A DNA stretch of 64,000 nucleotides from Candidatus Poribacteria bacterium. Lineage in GTDB: Bacteria > Poribacteria > WGA-4E > WGA-3G. The notes under the pieces were generated by a model. The model saw nothing but the letters and a program-made list of their open reading frames with translations. It was not told where the DNA came from and made no database searches. The stretch lies in NCBI GenBank assembly GCA_965214095.1, contig OZ243938.1, forward strand, positions 3,616,001 through 3,680,000, written 5' to 3'. Both the position numbers and the translations under genes were made by a program. The first letter of the stretch is position 1. Every line of letters starts with the position of its first letter. Below, one piece after another: positions 53,130-63,542 of the stretch.

Positions 53130-53637
53130 GTGCGATTAGGAAATCGCACCTACCGGGGTACGGAAGTGTATAATTATTTTTTAACCATAATATGTTCAAT
53201 AAACGTGTCGTATCTACACGGTATGGATATGGAATCACACCGTGTGCATCACGATGGACGCAACCCGATTCACGGCAATCAGCAGGGAATTCCTAATCAT
53301 CCCTTCACCGTTAATTGTGCAAAAGTGCAAAATTAACACTGATCCCCTAATTAATTAAAAATGTAATAAAATATTGGATTCCCGATTGTTCCAATAACCT
53401 ATCCCTGTTGATCAGTACGATTAGATATGTGCACCAACCAACTTAGACATTAATATATTAGCACAGTACAGAATTTTCTTCAAGGAGTGTGTAAAGTTAA
53501 TACTCAAAGCGGTAGGTTCGGTTTCCTAACCAATGCAGAATACCACACGCGTATTCTGGCGAAACCGTCAATTTAGCATCCTTCCAAGTACCGGTAGGTT
53601 CGGTTTCCTAACCGAACCGGGTTTGCGCCAATTCATC

Positions 53638-53835
53638 ACAACCCCTTACAACATCGGAGCAGCTTATCTTAACAATGGCACTTAGAAACGTCAAACTCAC
53701 AATCCTGGAAATCTACTAATCCTGAAAATCCTGGTTCAGACAATACAACCCCTTACAACATCGGAGCAGCTTATCTTAACAATGGCACTTAGAAACGCCA
53801 AACTCACAATCCTGCAAATCCTGGTTCAGACAATA
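53638..53835. repeat. Tandem duplication of a family-B half element
   Basis: ACAACCCCTTACAACATCGGAGCAG...AATCCTGGTTCAGACAAT occurs twice. Confidence 0.8.
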
Positions 53836-53906
53836 CCAAAAATCCGCAATTCTCACAAAAAATCACACAATTCCACAAAAAAATGCATTTTTCTTGTAAT
53901 TTTTTC

Positions 53907-54211
53907 TTGACTTATAACGTATATTTATATATAATATGTCATATACTTCATATTAAGACATAGAAAATGTAAAATATATATAAAAATTAACTTGCTTAAG
54001 TTTATATTTTATATTATCATTATTATGTGTTGAATATATGATTTCAATTTTCGTAAAACAAACCGATACCTTACAAACAGAATATAAAGGTATTGGCAAG
54101 TGAGGACACCAGAGAAAAAGATATAAGTTCCATAACGGAGTCCCATTTTTATAACTTAATAATAAGACAATAACATTTTAATTTGACATTATATTAATTT
54201 TATCTTATAAT
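53907..54211 (+). promoter_or_regulatory. Two sigma70 promoters
   Basis: TTGACT-17-TATAAT (53907) and TTGACA-17-TATAAT (54183). Confidence 0.7.
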
Positions 54212-54499
54212 TAATATACTAAACTTTGAAAACCTTGCAAACTGGCGCGAATTATTGGGATAGATAGAAAACATATTCGCAAATGCCACACGCAAGGAAA
54301 AGCATCAATAACCCCGATGTAGGTAAAAATAGATGGATAGATTAGGTGAGTTATTGATTGAGATAGGTAAACAGGAAACCCCTGTTTAAACACAATATTA
54401 ATAAAAATTATTAATATTTACGATTGGAAGATTAGATTAACAGGAATTAATCCCTGAATCTTAACTTGAATTTAATATTCCTAAAAGGAGAAATAAGTA

Positions 54500-57400
54500 A
54501 TGCGATTGTCAAATAAATCGACATTTTCCTTAGTATGTTTTATTTTTCTACTGGCATTCGTCGCGCTGCCTGTGATGGCACACGGACCAGATGCTACGGA
54601 TGTAGGTCCACATACTCATCCAGTAACGGAGGCAGTTGCGGCAAACAACCAGGCCGATCCTCCTGTATTAGAAGTGCCTATACATAATGCTCACCCTGTA
54701 GTCACATCAATTGTTCTAAAGGGTGATAATACGCGTGGCACAATGGCTGCAGTTATAACAGATGACGATGTCAATGAAAATCAATTCACCTTAGTTGTGA
54801 CTTTTGATAGAGATATTGTGGGTACAGCTGCAACTACTGTTGTTCCTGATTTTGTTGCTGGTACTCGTACGGACGGTGCAGCTTTAGAAGGTGCTGATCT
54901 CACTACTACCATCCTGCAAGTTGACAACACACCAGCTTATATAGCTACATCTGATTTTGTTATCAATCGTGTAATGGGTAATGATGCTCAGTATGAAATA
55001 GTCGTTACACCTGGGACAGTTCCGAATGCCGACACCGCAGACACAGCTACGAACGATGATACCTTGACATACAGAATACAAGTAAATGCTAATGTCGTGT
55101 TTAGTTTGCGAACAACAGAGATTGTAGAAACGAGTGTTACTCCAGTGACTGTTGATGGTGGTGGAAATCTGGCATCAGATGTCTACGTGTTCACATTGGT
55201 CAGTGAGTTGCCACCCGCACCCACGCCTCCAGACACCACAAAACCCAGTTTTACGGTTGCCATGTCACCAGCCAATATGAGCGAACTTGAAGCAGGTAGC
55301 ACGGTTCAGTTTACACTTACTGCTTCTGAGGCTTTGGGAACTGGAAATAATGAGCTTCTGGCGACTGATGTTGTAGGCACAACGAATGTTGCATCACAAT
55401 CATTTGTTAAAGTTACAAACACCCAATACGTCGTGATTGTAACACCTACGGATCTTACGCAGCCAATAGTTCTTACAATTCCAGCGGATTCTGTGTTTGA
55501 TACAGCTGATACCCCTAATGGCAATGCAGAGCAGGTGATTACGTTTACGCCCGAAGATACTGAAGCTCCAACAGTCACTATTGAATCTGCTCTAGTGGAA
55601 ACAGGTGCTGATGCGGGTAAGATTCGTTTCACATTCACATTTAGTGAAGCAGTACAAGGCTTTGATGAAGATGATCTTATAAGAGGTAGTGGTGTTACGT
55701 TAGCAGGAAATCTTGTTCCTAATGACGACAATACAGTGTTTACAGTGCTTGTAAACCCAGCCCCAGCGGGTTCTCCGACATCACTGACACTTCGAGCTGG
55801 AGCGGTTAAGGACGGTGCTAATGAATTAGTAGGGGATCAACTGCATACTTATGTACCAGTTGTTCCGCCAGATCCCCCAGGTCCAGATCCGACAAATCCG
55901 ACCACACCAGCGAACATCTTTAGTTTCTCTGTTCCTGCAAATTCTTTCGTTATACTTGTGCGGAATGCGAATGCTCTGGTAGGAGGTTCTCCTCCGACAT
56001 CACTGAAAAGCCGTTTTGCTGGAATTGTGGATATAAACAATGCACGTGTTATATCAGATGCCAAAATCATAGAATGGTCAGCTATGCCAGACTTAGCCGA
56101 ACTCTTTGATAGAGGTGCTCCTGGCGGTGGCGGTGCACTGGTCTTGAGAAAGTCTGTTGGTGATACTGCTGCACCTGCCGTTGGTACAGTCGGTATCAGC
56201 GAAATCATGTGGGCTATGGATGCTGGATACATTGGTCAAACAAAGGCAAGAGATACACAGTGGATTGAAATTGAAAATCTCAATGCTACTGCTAAGACCG
56301 TTTTGATATATGCCCAAACAGGTGCTCAGATTACTGATTCCAATAAAGTAGTTACGAAAACACAAGCCGACGACACAATCCACGGGAACCCCAGTGGTAT
56401 GGTTGTTGATGTGATGACAAACTACTTTAACGGTAGTAGCCGTGGCTCTGCTGGTTGGGATGTTGTAGGCAGTAACGGTAGTAGCAAAACAGGTATTGAT
56501 TTTGTGTCAATGGCACGAAAAGGTACCTTTGATCTGGCCAGCAAAGATGGCGATCAATACAACAAGCGATATGTCAAAACAGCCGGAAGCACAAAAAGTT
56601 CAGATGGTCGTTCTTCAGGTTCTTGGGAAGCTTCTACAGTCCGTTATGATAGAGATACAACGGATAAACCGGCAAGTGTAACAACTGCTGTGCCAGCAAC
56701 TTTTGATTACTTGGGCACACCCGGACGCGCAAATACATTCTCAGTCTCAACACATCTTACAACAGCAGGGAGAACTAATCTGAATGATACACCTCCCGTG
56801 CTCTTTAATGAGATTGGTAACCGTTCTGACTCTGATAAGGCTTATGAATGGATTGAAATTCGTAATACTACGGGTTCACCTGTGAGTCTAAAGTCATATC
56901 GTATTACCACGATAACAGCAGTGGATACAGAAAATGTTCTGTATACCTTCCCACATGATAAGGCAGCAGATGTTCCTGCAAACGGTGTGTTGTTATTATT
57001 AGCATCAGACCCCGCAGATGATACTGATCATCCTATAGCTGTCGGTTACAATGTTGATAAAGTTCCAGAAGATCAACCATTAGGTTCAATAGGTGACCAT
57101 ATACCACGTTATAAGGTTACACCATTTGCTGGTAATGGTATTCCCAATGGTAACTTTGTTTTAGTGTTGCGTAGACCAGATACAGTTGAGAATAAAAATG
57201 AAGGTGGAAAAGGACCTTCTGAAACCGGTAACAATGATCTTGATAAGATTGTTGATATTGCAGGACACCATTCAAATTTGAGTAAAGCAAATTATCCTAA
57301 CGCAGTATCCAGTACCAGTTTCTGGCCGCTACACAATTTCCCCGCACCTCAATTTGGCAACAACAACCTGACGGAAAACAAGGTCCATTATCGGAGAAAC

Positions 57401-58723
57401 GTTAAATCCAATAAGGACGACCGTCTTGGTACAGGTGCTTGGGACAACGATAACGGCAAATCTGCATATACAACCGTAGGGTATACAGGTATCGGATATA
57501 AACGATGGGTGCCCCGTGATAACAACAGATATGGTGGTGATCCCGGTTATCATAGTCCTTTAGTTAATCTAACCACTGATGTGGCTGATGATGTAACTAT
57601 TAGTGAGATTATGTTGTCTACGGGTGATAATGGAAGACTACCGCAGTGGATAGAACTTACTAACAACTCTAAGACCAAAACGATTAACCTAAAATCTGAA
57701 GGTGGATGGAGATTAGTAATTGAAACACCTGGCGATGCTATCAGGACCCTCAACTTTAAAGATTGGGATAATGGCAATTACATTTATCCAAATCAAACTG
57801 TTCTAATCGTAGCAGGAAGTGTTGGTCGTGGTGCACAAGCAGGTAGTGATCTACTTCGGAGCTCTATTGTCTTCAAGGCTGACCGTGTTTTCAACGTCCT
57901 ACGTGAATATGCAAGTAATTTCAGTGAAATCGAAGTAGACGGTGAAATGGTCAAGAATGACCGATATCGTTTTATCCATCCACAAGCATTCAACATCAAG
58001 TTAATTGATGGAAAGAATAATGTAGCGGATGAAATCGGTAACCTTGATGGCCGTGGACGTACAAACGATACACCTGCTTGGGAATACCCAGATGGTCTAA
58101 CGAAAGATGGCTACAGAACATCCTTTATCCGTGTATACGATGAAGGTGTTGCACGTGCAGCCGTTGGTAGTGATGCCGTTGATGTACTCCCAGTGAATAC
58201 AGGCGATACCAGACTTGAACTCAATGATACTGATAGTGTTATACCTGATGAATATGCTTGGATCCGAGCTGAAGTATTGAACTTTGATTCCATTTATGTG
58301 AGACATACGTGGTATGGAAGTGAATCAGACTTCGGAACACCCGGTGTACGTAAAGGTCAACCACTACCCGTTTCATTGTCATTCTTCCGTCCAACATTGG
58401 AAGACGGTAAAGTTGTTATCCGTTGGACTACCGAATCTGAACTTGACAACGCTGGATTTAATATCCTTCGTAGTGAAAGCCGTAATGGTGAGTTCACAAA
58501 GGTCAACAACCAGTTGATTCAAGGTAATGGTACCACAGCGGAACGTAGTACATATAAATGGGTAGATACTTCAGCCAAACCAGGTGCAGTATACTACTAT
58601 CAAATTGAAGACGTATCCTTCGCTGGTGAGCATAATACGCTTACGACTACTAAGTTGAAAGGCTTAATTTCTGCACAGAACAAGCTGACAACACAGTGGG
58701 GCGAATTGAAAGAGGTACAATAA
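54500..58723 (+). CDS. Large secreted surface protein, paralog of 16179-20651 (Ig-like plus lamin-tail domains, KLTTQWGELK tail)
   Basis: 1407 aa; the C-terminal two thirds align by eye with the first paralog. Confidence 0.75.
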   Translation: MRLSNKSTFSLVCFIFLLAFVALPVMAHGPDATDVGPHTHPVTEAVAANNQADPPVLEVPIHNAHPVVTSIVLKGDNTRGTMAAVITDDDVNENQFTLVVTFDRDIVGTAATTVVPDFVAGTRTDGAALEGADLTTTILQVDNTPAYIATSDFVINRVMGNDAQYEIVVTPGTVPNADTADTATNDDTLTYRIQVNANVVFSLRTTEIVETSVTPVTVDGGGNLASDVYVFTLVSELPPAPTPPDTTKPSFTVAMSPANMSELEAGSTVQFTLTASEALGTGNNELLATDVVGTTNVASQSFVKVTNTQYVVIVTPTDLTQPIVLTIPADSVFDTADTPNGNAEQVITFTPEDTEAPTVTIESALVETGADAGKIRFTFTFSEAVQGFDEDDLIRGSGVTLAGNLVPNDDNTVFTVLVNPAPAGSPTSLTLRAGAVKDGANELVGDQLHTYVPVVPPDPPGPDPTNPTTPANIFSFSVPANSFVILVRNANALVGGSPPTSLKSRFAGIVDINNARVISDAKIIEWSAMPDLAELFDRGAPGGGGALVLRKSVGDTAAPAVGTVGISEIMWAMDAGYIGQTKARDTQWIEIENLNATAKTVLIYAQTGAQITDSNKVVTKTQADDTIHGNPSGMVVDVMTNYFNGSSRGSAGWDVVGSNGSSKTGIDFVSMARKGTFDLASKDGDQYNKRYVKTAGSTKSSDGRSSGSWEASTVRYDRDTTDKPASVTTAVPATFDYLGTPGRANTFSVSTHLTTAGRTNLNDTPPVLFNEIGNRSDSDKAYEWIEIRNTTGSPVSLKSYRITTITAVDTENVLYTFPHDKAADVPANGVLLLLASDPADDTDHPIAVGYNVDKVPEDQPLGSIGDHIPRYKVTPFAGNGIPNGNFVLVLRRPDTVENKNEGGKGPSETGNNDLDKIVDIAGHHSNLSKANYPNAVSSTSFWPLHNFPAPQFGNNNLTENKVHYRRNVKSNKDDRLGTGAWDNDNGKSAYTTVGYTGIGYKRWVPRDNNRYGGDPGYHSPLVNLTTDVADDVTISEIMLSTGDNGRLPQWIELTNNSKTKTINLKSEGGWRLVIETPGDAIRTLNFKDWDNGNYIYPNQTVLIVAGSVGRGAQAGSDLLRSSIVFKADRVFNVLREYASNFSEIEVDGEMVKNDRYRFIHPQAFNIKLIDGKNNVADEIGNLDGRGRTNDTPAWEYPDGLTKDGYRTSFIRVYDEGVARAAVGSDAVDVLPVNTGDTRLELNDTDSVIPDEYAWIRAEVLNFDSIYVRHTWYGSESDFGTPGVRKGQPLPVSLSFFRPTLEDGKVVIRWTTESELDNAGFNILRSESRNGEFTKVNNQLIQGNGTTAERSTYKWVDTSAKPGAVYYYQIEDVSFAGEHNTLTTTKLKGLISAQNKLTTQWGELKEVQ

Positions 58724-58897
58724 GGTTAAATTCAGGGATATTTAACCAGTTCTCCTAACAATAAGGAAACTGCAGAATCCTTGTTGGAGAGAATTTTCTA
58801 AAATACACCCATTGTAGGAAACTATTGTTACTTCCCGATGCAATAGTTTCCTAATTGGGCTAAGTTTAACTAACCTAACCTATCCAACTAACCTATC

Positions 58898-58935
58898 AAA
58901 ATAGAGACTTGCTCCCCCTGCAAGTCTCTATTTTT
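58898..58935 (+). terminator. Rho-independent terminator
   Basis: AAAATAGAGACTTGC...GCAAGTCTCTATTTTT. Confidence 0.88.
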
Positions 58936-59016
58936 GTTTTAATCCTTTGTCCCACACACCGGTAGGTGCGATTTAGCGTGCTTCTAGGTCCGGTAGGTTC
59001 GGTTAGGAAACCGCAC

Positions 59017-59187
59017 CATAAGCGTCAATTTAGCATCCTTCCAAGTACCGGTAGGTTCGGTTTCCTAACCGAACCGGCTTTGTGCCAAATACCTTTATAG
59101 AGGTTCTCGCACAGGTTCCGTGCGGTTAGGAAACCGCACCTACCGGTCTGGGGAAAACGCCTAATTTACACTAAATTGACGCCTATG
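59017..59187 (+). mobile_element. Full-length 171-bp IS4-type MITE
   Basis: TIRs as in the IS at 23488; GTTCGGTTAGGAAACCGCAC on both flanks. Confidence 0.88.
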
Positions 59188-59264
59188 GTTCGGTTAGGAA
59201 ACCGCACCTACCAGCCTGGCGTCGGCACAAAGCCGGTTCGGTTAGGAAACCGAACCTACCGGCA

Positions 59265-60362
59265 CTACTTCAATCCGCTACCCGTAAGAATGGAAACTGT
59301 GACATCATCCTTTTGGATAATACCTTGCTGTTGAAACTTATCATAACCGCTAATAACAACAGCAGAGGTCGGTTCTACATAGATACCTTGCTCAGCAAGT
59401 GTATTCATACCAGTAAGGATGTCAGCATCATCCACAGTGGTAAACGCTCCATCTGAGAAACGGATAGCATCCATAAGCATCTCACTACGGACAGGAAGTT
59501 CAGCGGTAATGCCTTCCGCAAGTGTCTGAGTGGTTTGTGGCATTCTTGAGATTGTAGGTGTCTTATCTCGGAAGGCGTTGTAGATAGGGCAGCAGGTAGC
59601 AGGTTGAACCCCAAGCAAGCGAGGAACACGATCAATCACACCCGCCTCATAAAGTTCAGAAAAACCGAGGTATAAACCAAGATAGATGCTACCAAATCCC
59701 ACAGGACAGATAATATGCTGTGGCAAAGAGTCACCAAATTGTTCAGTGATTTCAAAAGCGAGTGTTTTCGTGCCTTCTAAGAAGAAAGGATTCCAATTGT
59801 GAGAAGCATAACAGGTGTTTTGAGCGGCGTGTTGAACGGCTTCCGTAGTTGCCATCCGATTTCCCGGCACCAGTTTTAACGAAGCACCGTAAGCAGAAAT
59901 CTGTTTCAACTTGCCTTCTGAAGTGGAGTCAGGACAGTAGATCGTGCAGTGGATGCCTGCCCGCGCACTATACGCAGCGATGGCAGCACCCGCATTACCA
60001 GAGGAGTCCTCTACCACTGCATCAACTCCCAATGCTTTCAGATGTGTCAACAGCACAGAGGCACCACGGTCTTTATATGACCCAGTTGGACAGAGGTAGT
60101 CTAATTTTACGAAGTGTTTTGGGTTATCTGTAGGAGGATATAAAGGAACAATAGGTGTTATCCCTTCCCCGAGCGTAACGATGTCTGCGTCTGCGGGAAT
60201 AGGTAATGCATCACGATAACGCCAGAGGGATGGCGTTGAATTGTCCCATTGATATGAATAGGAGGTGTCTTTTTTGACCGTTAGCGGGGAACCGCAATCA
60301 CATTTGTATCGTAAAGGAGAGATGATGTAAGCAATGTTACATTTACTGCATAGGTATTGCAT
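59265..60362 (-). CDS. Threonine synthase-like PLP enzyme
   Basis: LGEGITP, PTGSYKDRG, DSSGNAG, VEPTSA, LTGSGLK. Confidence 0.88.
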   Translation of the reverse strand: MQYLCSKCNIAYIISPLRYKCDCGSPLTVKKDTSYSYQWDNSTPSLWRYRDALPIPADADIVTLGEGITPIVPLYPPTDNPKHFVKLDYLCPTGSYKDRGASVLLTHLKALGVDAVVEDSSGNAGAAIAAYSARAGIHCTIYCPDSTSEGKLKQISAYGASLKLVPGNRMATTEAVQHAAQNTCYASHNWNPFFLEGTKTLAFEITEQFGDSLPQHIICPVGFGSIYLGLYLGFSELYEAGVIDRVPRLLGVQPATCCPIYNAFRDKTPTISRMPQTTQTLAEGITAELPVRSEMLMDAIRFSDGAFTTVDDADILTGMNTLAEQGIYVEPTSAVVISGYDKFQQQGIIQKDDVTVSILTGSGLK

Positions 60363-60450
60363 AAAATGTCTGAACCAGGATTTTCAGGATTGGTAGATTT
60401 CCAGGATTATCTCTATCAGTGGTATCTGTCAATATTATACCAATTCTAAT

Positions 60451-60876
60451 CAGGGTTATTTATAGTAAAATCTGAAATTAACGATGCACTTTACATTTAG
60501 AATAACGCGTTTGTAGTCGCGCAATTCATTGCGTCTCTTATATTGTATGAATATGCAATTGGGACAATATGTTTCATTAATTGTCCGTTTTACTATAGAA
60601 TAACGCGTTTGTAGTCGCGCAATTCATTGCGCCTCTTACATTCTATAAATATGCAATTGGGACAATATGTTTCATTAATTGTAAGTCTTACTATAGTTTT
60701 AATAATTTTCAATTGATGAATGTTACTAAGAGTTTATATAGTAGGTCGGGTAGAGCGTTAGCGAAACCCGACACGTTCAATGCTTGTCGGGTTTCGCTAA
60801 CGCTCTACCCGACCTACAGATGGTTGTATTGAAATGTGAAAAATATAGCAGAAATACCGAAAATTAAATAACCCTG
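60451..60876. mobile_element. Nested MITE composite similar to 38705-39029
   Basis: CAGGGTTATTTA end, TA-flanked MITE inserted at the same position, REP-D and REP-C inside. Confidence 0.75.
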
Positions 60877-61127
60877 ATTGTAGCGCAAACTGCCAGTTTG
60901 CGTACACTACTGCACAAACTGGCAGTTTGTGCTACGGCACAGTCCAGATAGTAAAATGTAAAAATATGTACACACTTCTCGGTAGATGCGGTTTCCTAAC
61001 CGCATCTATGAGACTGAACAAACGAACAAACACCGGTTCGGTTAGGAAACCGAACCTACCGGCACGGGAGTCGGCACAACACCGGTTCGGTTAGGAAACC
61101 GAACCTACCGACTGTGTTGATTACAAT

Positions 61128-62999
61128 CTACTTTAAGATAACAAGCTGCCGTATTTGCTGGAAGGATGACGTTTCCAATCGGTAGAAATACACACCACTT
61201 GCAACCCGTTCACCTAATGCATTTCTACCATCCCAATACGCAGCACGTCCTTGGTTGTGATAGAAACCTTCGGACTGATACCCCATAGTAAGCGTCCGAA
61301 CAAGTCCACCTGTCGCATCATATATTGATATGGATACAGGGGACGCAACTGACAACTGATACGGAATCCACGTCTCTGGATTGAACGGATTCGGATAGTT
61401 CTGCAACAACCGATCTTTGTTCGGTTGACCGATACTATCAAGTGTGACAGGAAGCAAAGCATTCGCTAAGTTATCAGGTGTTACCGTAAAGATGTATTTT
61501 TCAGAGGCAACGTTTCCGTTGGTATCAGTGACGGTAACTTCCAGTGTATCACCAACTTGCACAACATTCCGATAGGTCAGGTCTGCTGTAGCAGCAGCGA
61601 AGTAGTTATCATTCACTTGTGCTGTCATGAGGGTGTTTGTCCGTGTATTTCTGACAGTGATAAGATAGCCGTCATATTGTTGTGTGCCATCTAATTGTCC
61701 ACTCACAACGAATGCCCATGTTTCGGGTGCTGTTATATTTGGCGTTGCAGTTGGTGCTGCCGCACTGTCTTGTTGTGGGTTTGCCCAACCTGCACCGACG
61801 AATGCGAAGTCGCGTGCTTGTGGTACATTGACGATATAGCCTTTTCCGCCTTCAATAGCGAATCCATCGTTAGGTGCGTTCGGTGTCCACCCGACGAAAC
61901 TCTGTTTCTCGGTATCCAGTGCTATAACAACCGTTGCACCAGTCAATCCAGCAAATGATTTTGCGTTCATTGGTGTTCGGGAAGCTAAAGGCACAGAAAG
62001 CATGTTCAAACCTTCAGTAAGGTGTGTTTGGAAAACGTTACTATGTCTTTCTGCTTCTTCTTGTGTAGTAGGAATGGCAACACATCCGTGTCTACGTCCA
62101 TCTGGTGTATCATAGTATCCTGTTATCCAGCCGTTGTTGTCAATATCACGCAGCACAGTTACAACACTGCCGGGATAACGGAGTTCAAGGGGTTCACTGC
62201 CGAGGTGGATAACATAAGAACGTTCAATATCGTCTACGGCTTTCGCTCGGAATACAATGGACCCTACATCATTGATTGCATTCACAAAGAGGTATTCAGG
62301 GTTCGGGATGTTGGGAACATCAATATCGTGAACACTACCGTCAGGAAGGCGGGAAAACCCGTGATAGATACCATCACTATTGACATAACTCCCAACGACG
62401 ACACCCGCAGTATTAATATCATCAATGTATGTTGTTATTGCCGAAGGCACATTATATTGTCCTTCTCCAATAAAACCATTAACAACTTCTTCAACGTCAA
62501 TAGTGTCTCCGAGCAATTGTCCATCTTCTGCGATACCGAAGATTTGTGTGTTTAATGCACCAGGGAAGTTCCACACATTTATCTCACCATCCTGCAAAAT
62601 AATGCCGTGAGAAATCTCGTTTTGATCTATGTAAAATCCTGCTGCTTGTCCACTGTTATTGAGTCCATAGAAGGTAGTCTGTTTGGAATCAGGGACATCA
62701 TAAGTGATAAATTCTCCATCAATCAAGGTGAATCCAATAAGTTTATCATCAACGTTCTTAGTATTACCCGCGTAATGTCCGTGATCGTTGCTGGCAGTCA
62801 CTTCAAGGAAGTCAACACCGGGAACATTTATCGTTTCAAAGATATAGTACGAAGGTAATGGTGATACGGGTTCGGCAGAAATTAGGACAGGAACTGGCGG
62901 ACCGGGAGGTGTAGTATCAGATTGTGCTGTGGTGTGCCCTCCCAAACAGACAATAAGAGTTATAATCAGGAGAATATTAGTTTTTATAAGGTATTTCAA
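61128..62999 (-). CDS. Secreted HAF-like repeat protein with C-terminal FlgD-Ig/T9SS-A-like domain
   Basis: Repeats IN..G...G.Y....HGF; LLQNYPNPFNPETWIPYQL. The track N-terminus (MTPIGRHTECAYYY) is REP-derived, so TTG 62999 is preferred. Confidence 0.75.
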   Translation of the reverse strand: MKYLIKTNILLIITLIVCLGGHTTAQSDTTPPGPPVPVLISAEPVSPLPSYYIFETINVPGVDFLEVTASNDHGHYAGNTKNVDDKLIGFTLIDGEFITYDVPDSKQTTFYGLNNSGQAAGFYIDQNEISHGIILQDGEINVWNFPGALNTQIFGIAEDGQLLGDTIDVEEVVNGFIGEGQYNVPSAITTYIDDINTAGVVVGSYVNSDGIYHGFSRLPDGSVHDIDVPNIPNPEYLFVNAINDVGSIVFRAKAVDDIERSYVIHLGSEPLELRYPGSVVTVLRDIDNNGWITGYYDTPDGRRHGCVAIPTTQEEAERHSNVFQTHLTEGLNMLSVPLASRTPMNAKSFAGLTGATVVIALDTEKQSFVGWTPNAPNDGFAIEGGKGYIVNVPQARDFAFVGAGWANPQQDSAAAPTATPNITAPETWAFVVSGQLDGTQQYDGYLITVRNTRTNTLMTAQVNDNYFAAATADLTYRNVVQVGDTLEVTVTDTNGNVASEKYIFTVTPDNLANALLPVTLDSIGQPNKDRLLQNYPNPFNPETWIPYQLSVASPVSISIYDATGGLVRTLTMGYQSEGFYHNQGRAAYWDGRNALGERVASGVYFYRLETSSFQQIRQLVILK

Positions 63000-63200
63000 A
63001 TCTCTATCCCTTTTAGTTGCATAGTAGTAGGCACACTCCGTGTGCCGTCCTATAGGTGTCAATTTCGGTTAGGAAACCCTGAGCATCAATTTCACCAAGG
63101 CTGGTAGGCTCGGTTTCCTAACCGAGCCGGATCCTACGCGAGAGCCTATAAAAAGACCGGTAGATGCGGTTTCCTAACCGCATCTATGAGACTAAACACA

Positions 63201-63526
63201 CACCAGTTCGGTTAGGAAACCGAACCTACCAGCACGGGTATCGGCACAACACCGGTTCGGTTAGGAAACCGAACCTACCAGCACGGGTATCGCCACTACA
63301 CTGGTTCGGTTAGGAAACCGAACCTACCGGCACGGGTATCGGCACAACACCAGTTCGGTTAGGAAACCGAACCTACCGGCACGGGTATCGGCACAACACC
63401 AGTTCGGTTAGGAAACCGAACCTACCAGCACGGGTATCGCCACTACACTGGTTCGGTTAGGAAACCGAACCTACCGGCACGGGTATCGGCACAACACCAG
63501 TTCGGTTAGGAAACCGAACCTACCGG
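63201..63526. repeat. 49-bp tandem REP-A array, 7 hairpin copies
   Basis: GTTCGGTTAGGAAACCGAACCTACC at 63206, 63255, 63304, 63353, 63402, 63451 and 63500. Confidence 0.9.
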
Positions 63527-63542
63527 CTGTGTTGATTACAAT

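Noticed and set aside
52917-53336. 139-aa ORF and similar REP-spanning ORFs (46140-46418, 10491-10691)
   Set aside because: They consist largely of MITE/REP sequence.
54215-54499. Known riboswitch (for example c-di-GMP) in the surface-gene leaders
   Set aside because: Hairpins are present but I could not match a known aptamer consensus; an Rfam/Infernal scan is needed.
16179-58723. Diversity-generating retroelement TR/VR pair in the similar 3' ends of paralogs
   Set aside because: No reverse transcriptase is present, both copies are coding, and the differences are not evidently adenine-specific.
63201-63526. CRISPR-like array (25-bp palindromic repeat, 24-bp spacers)
   Set aside because: The spacers are near-identical, the repeat is the dispersed REP-A, and there are no cas genes.
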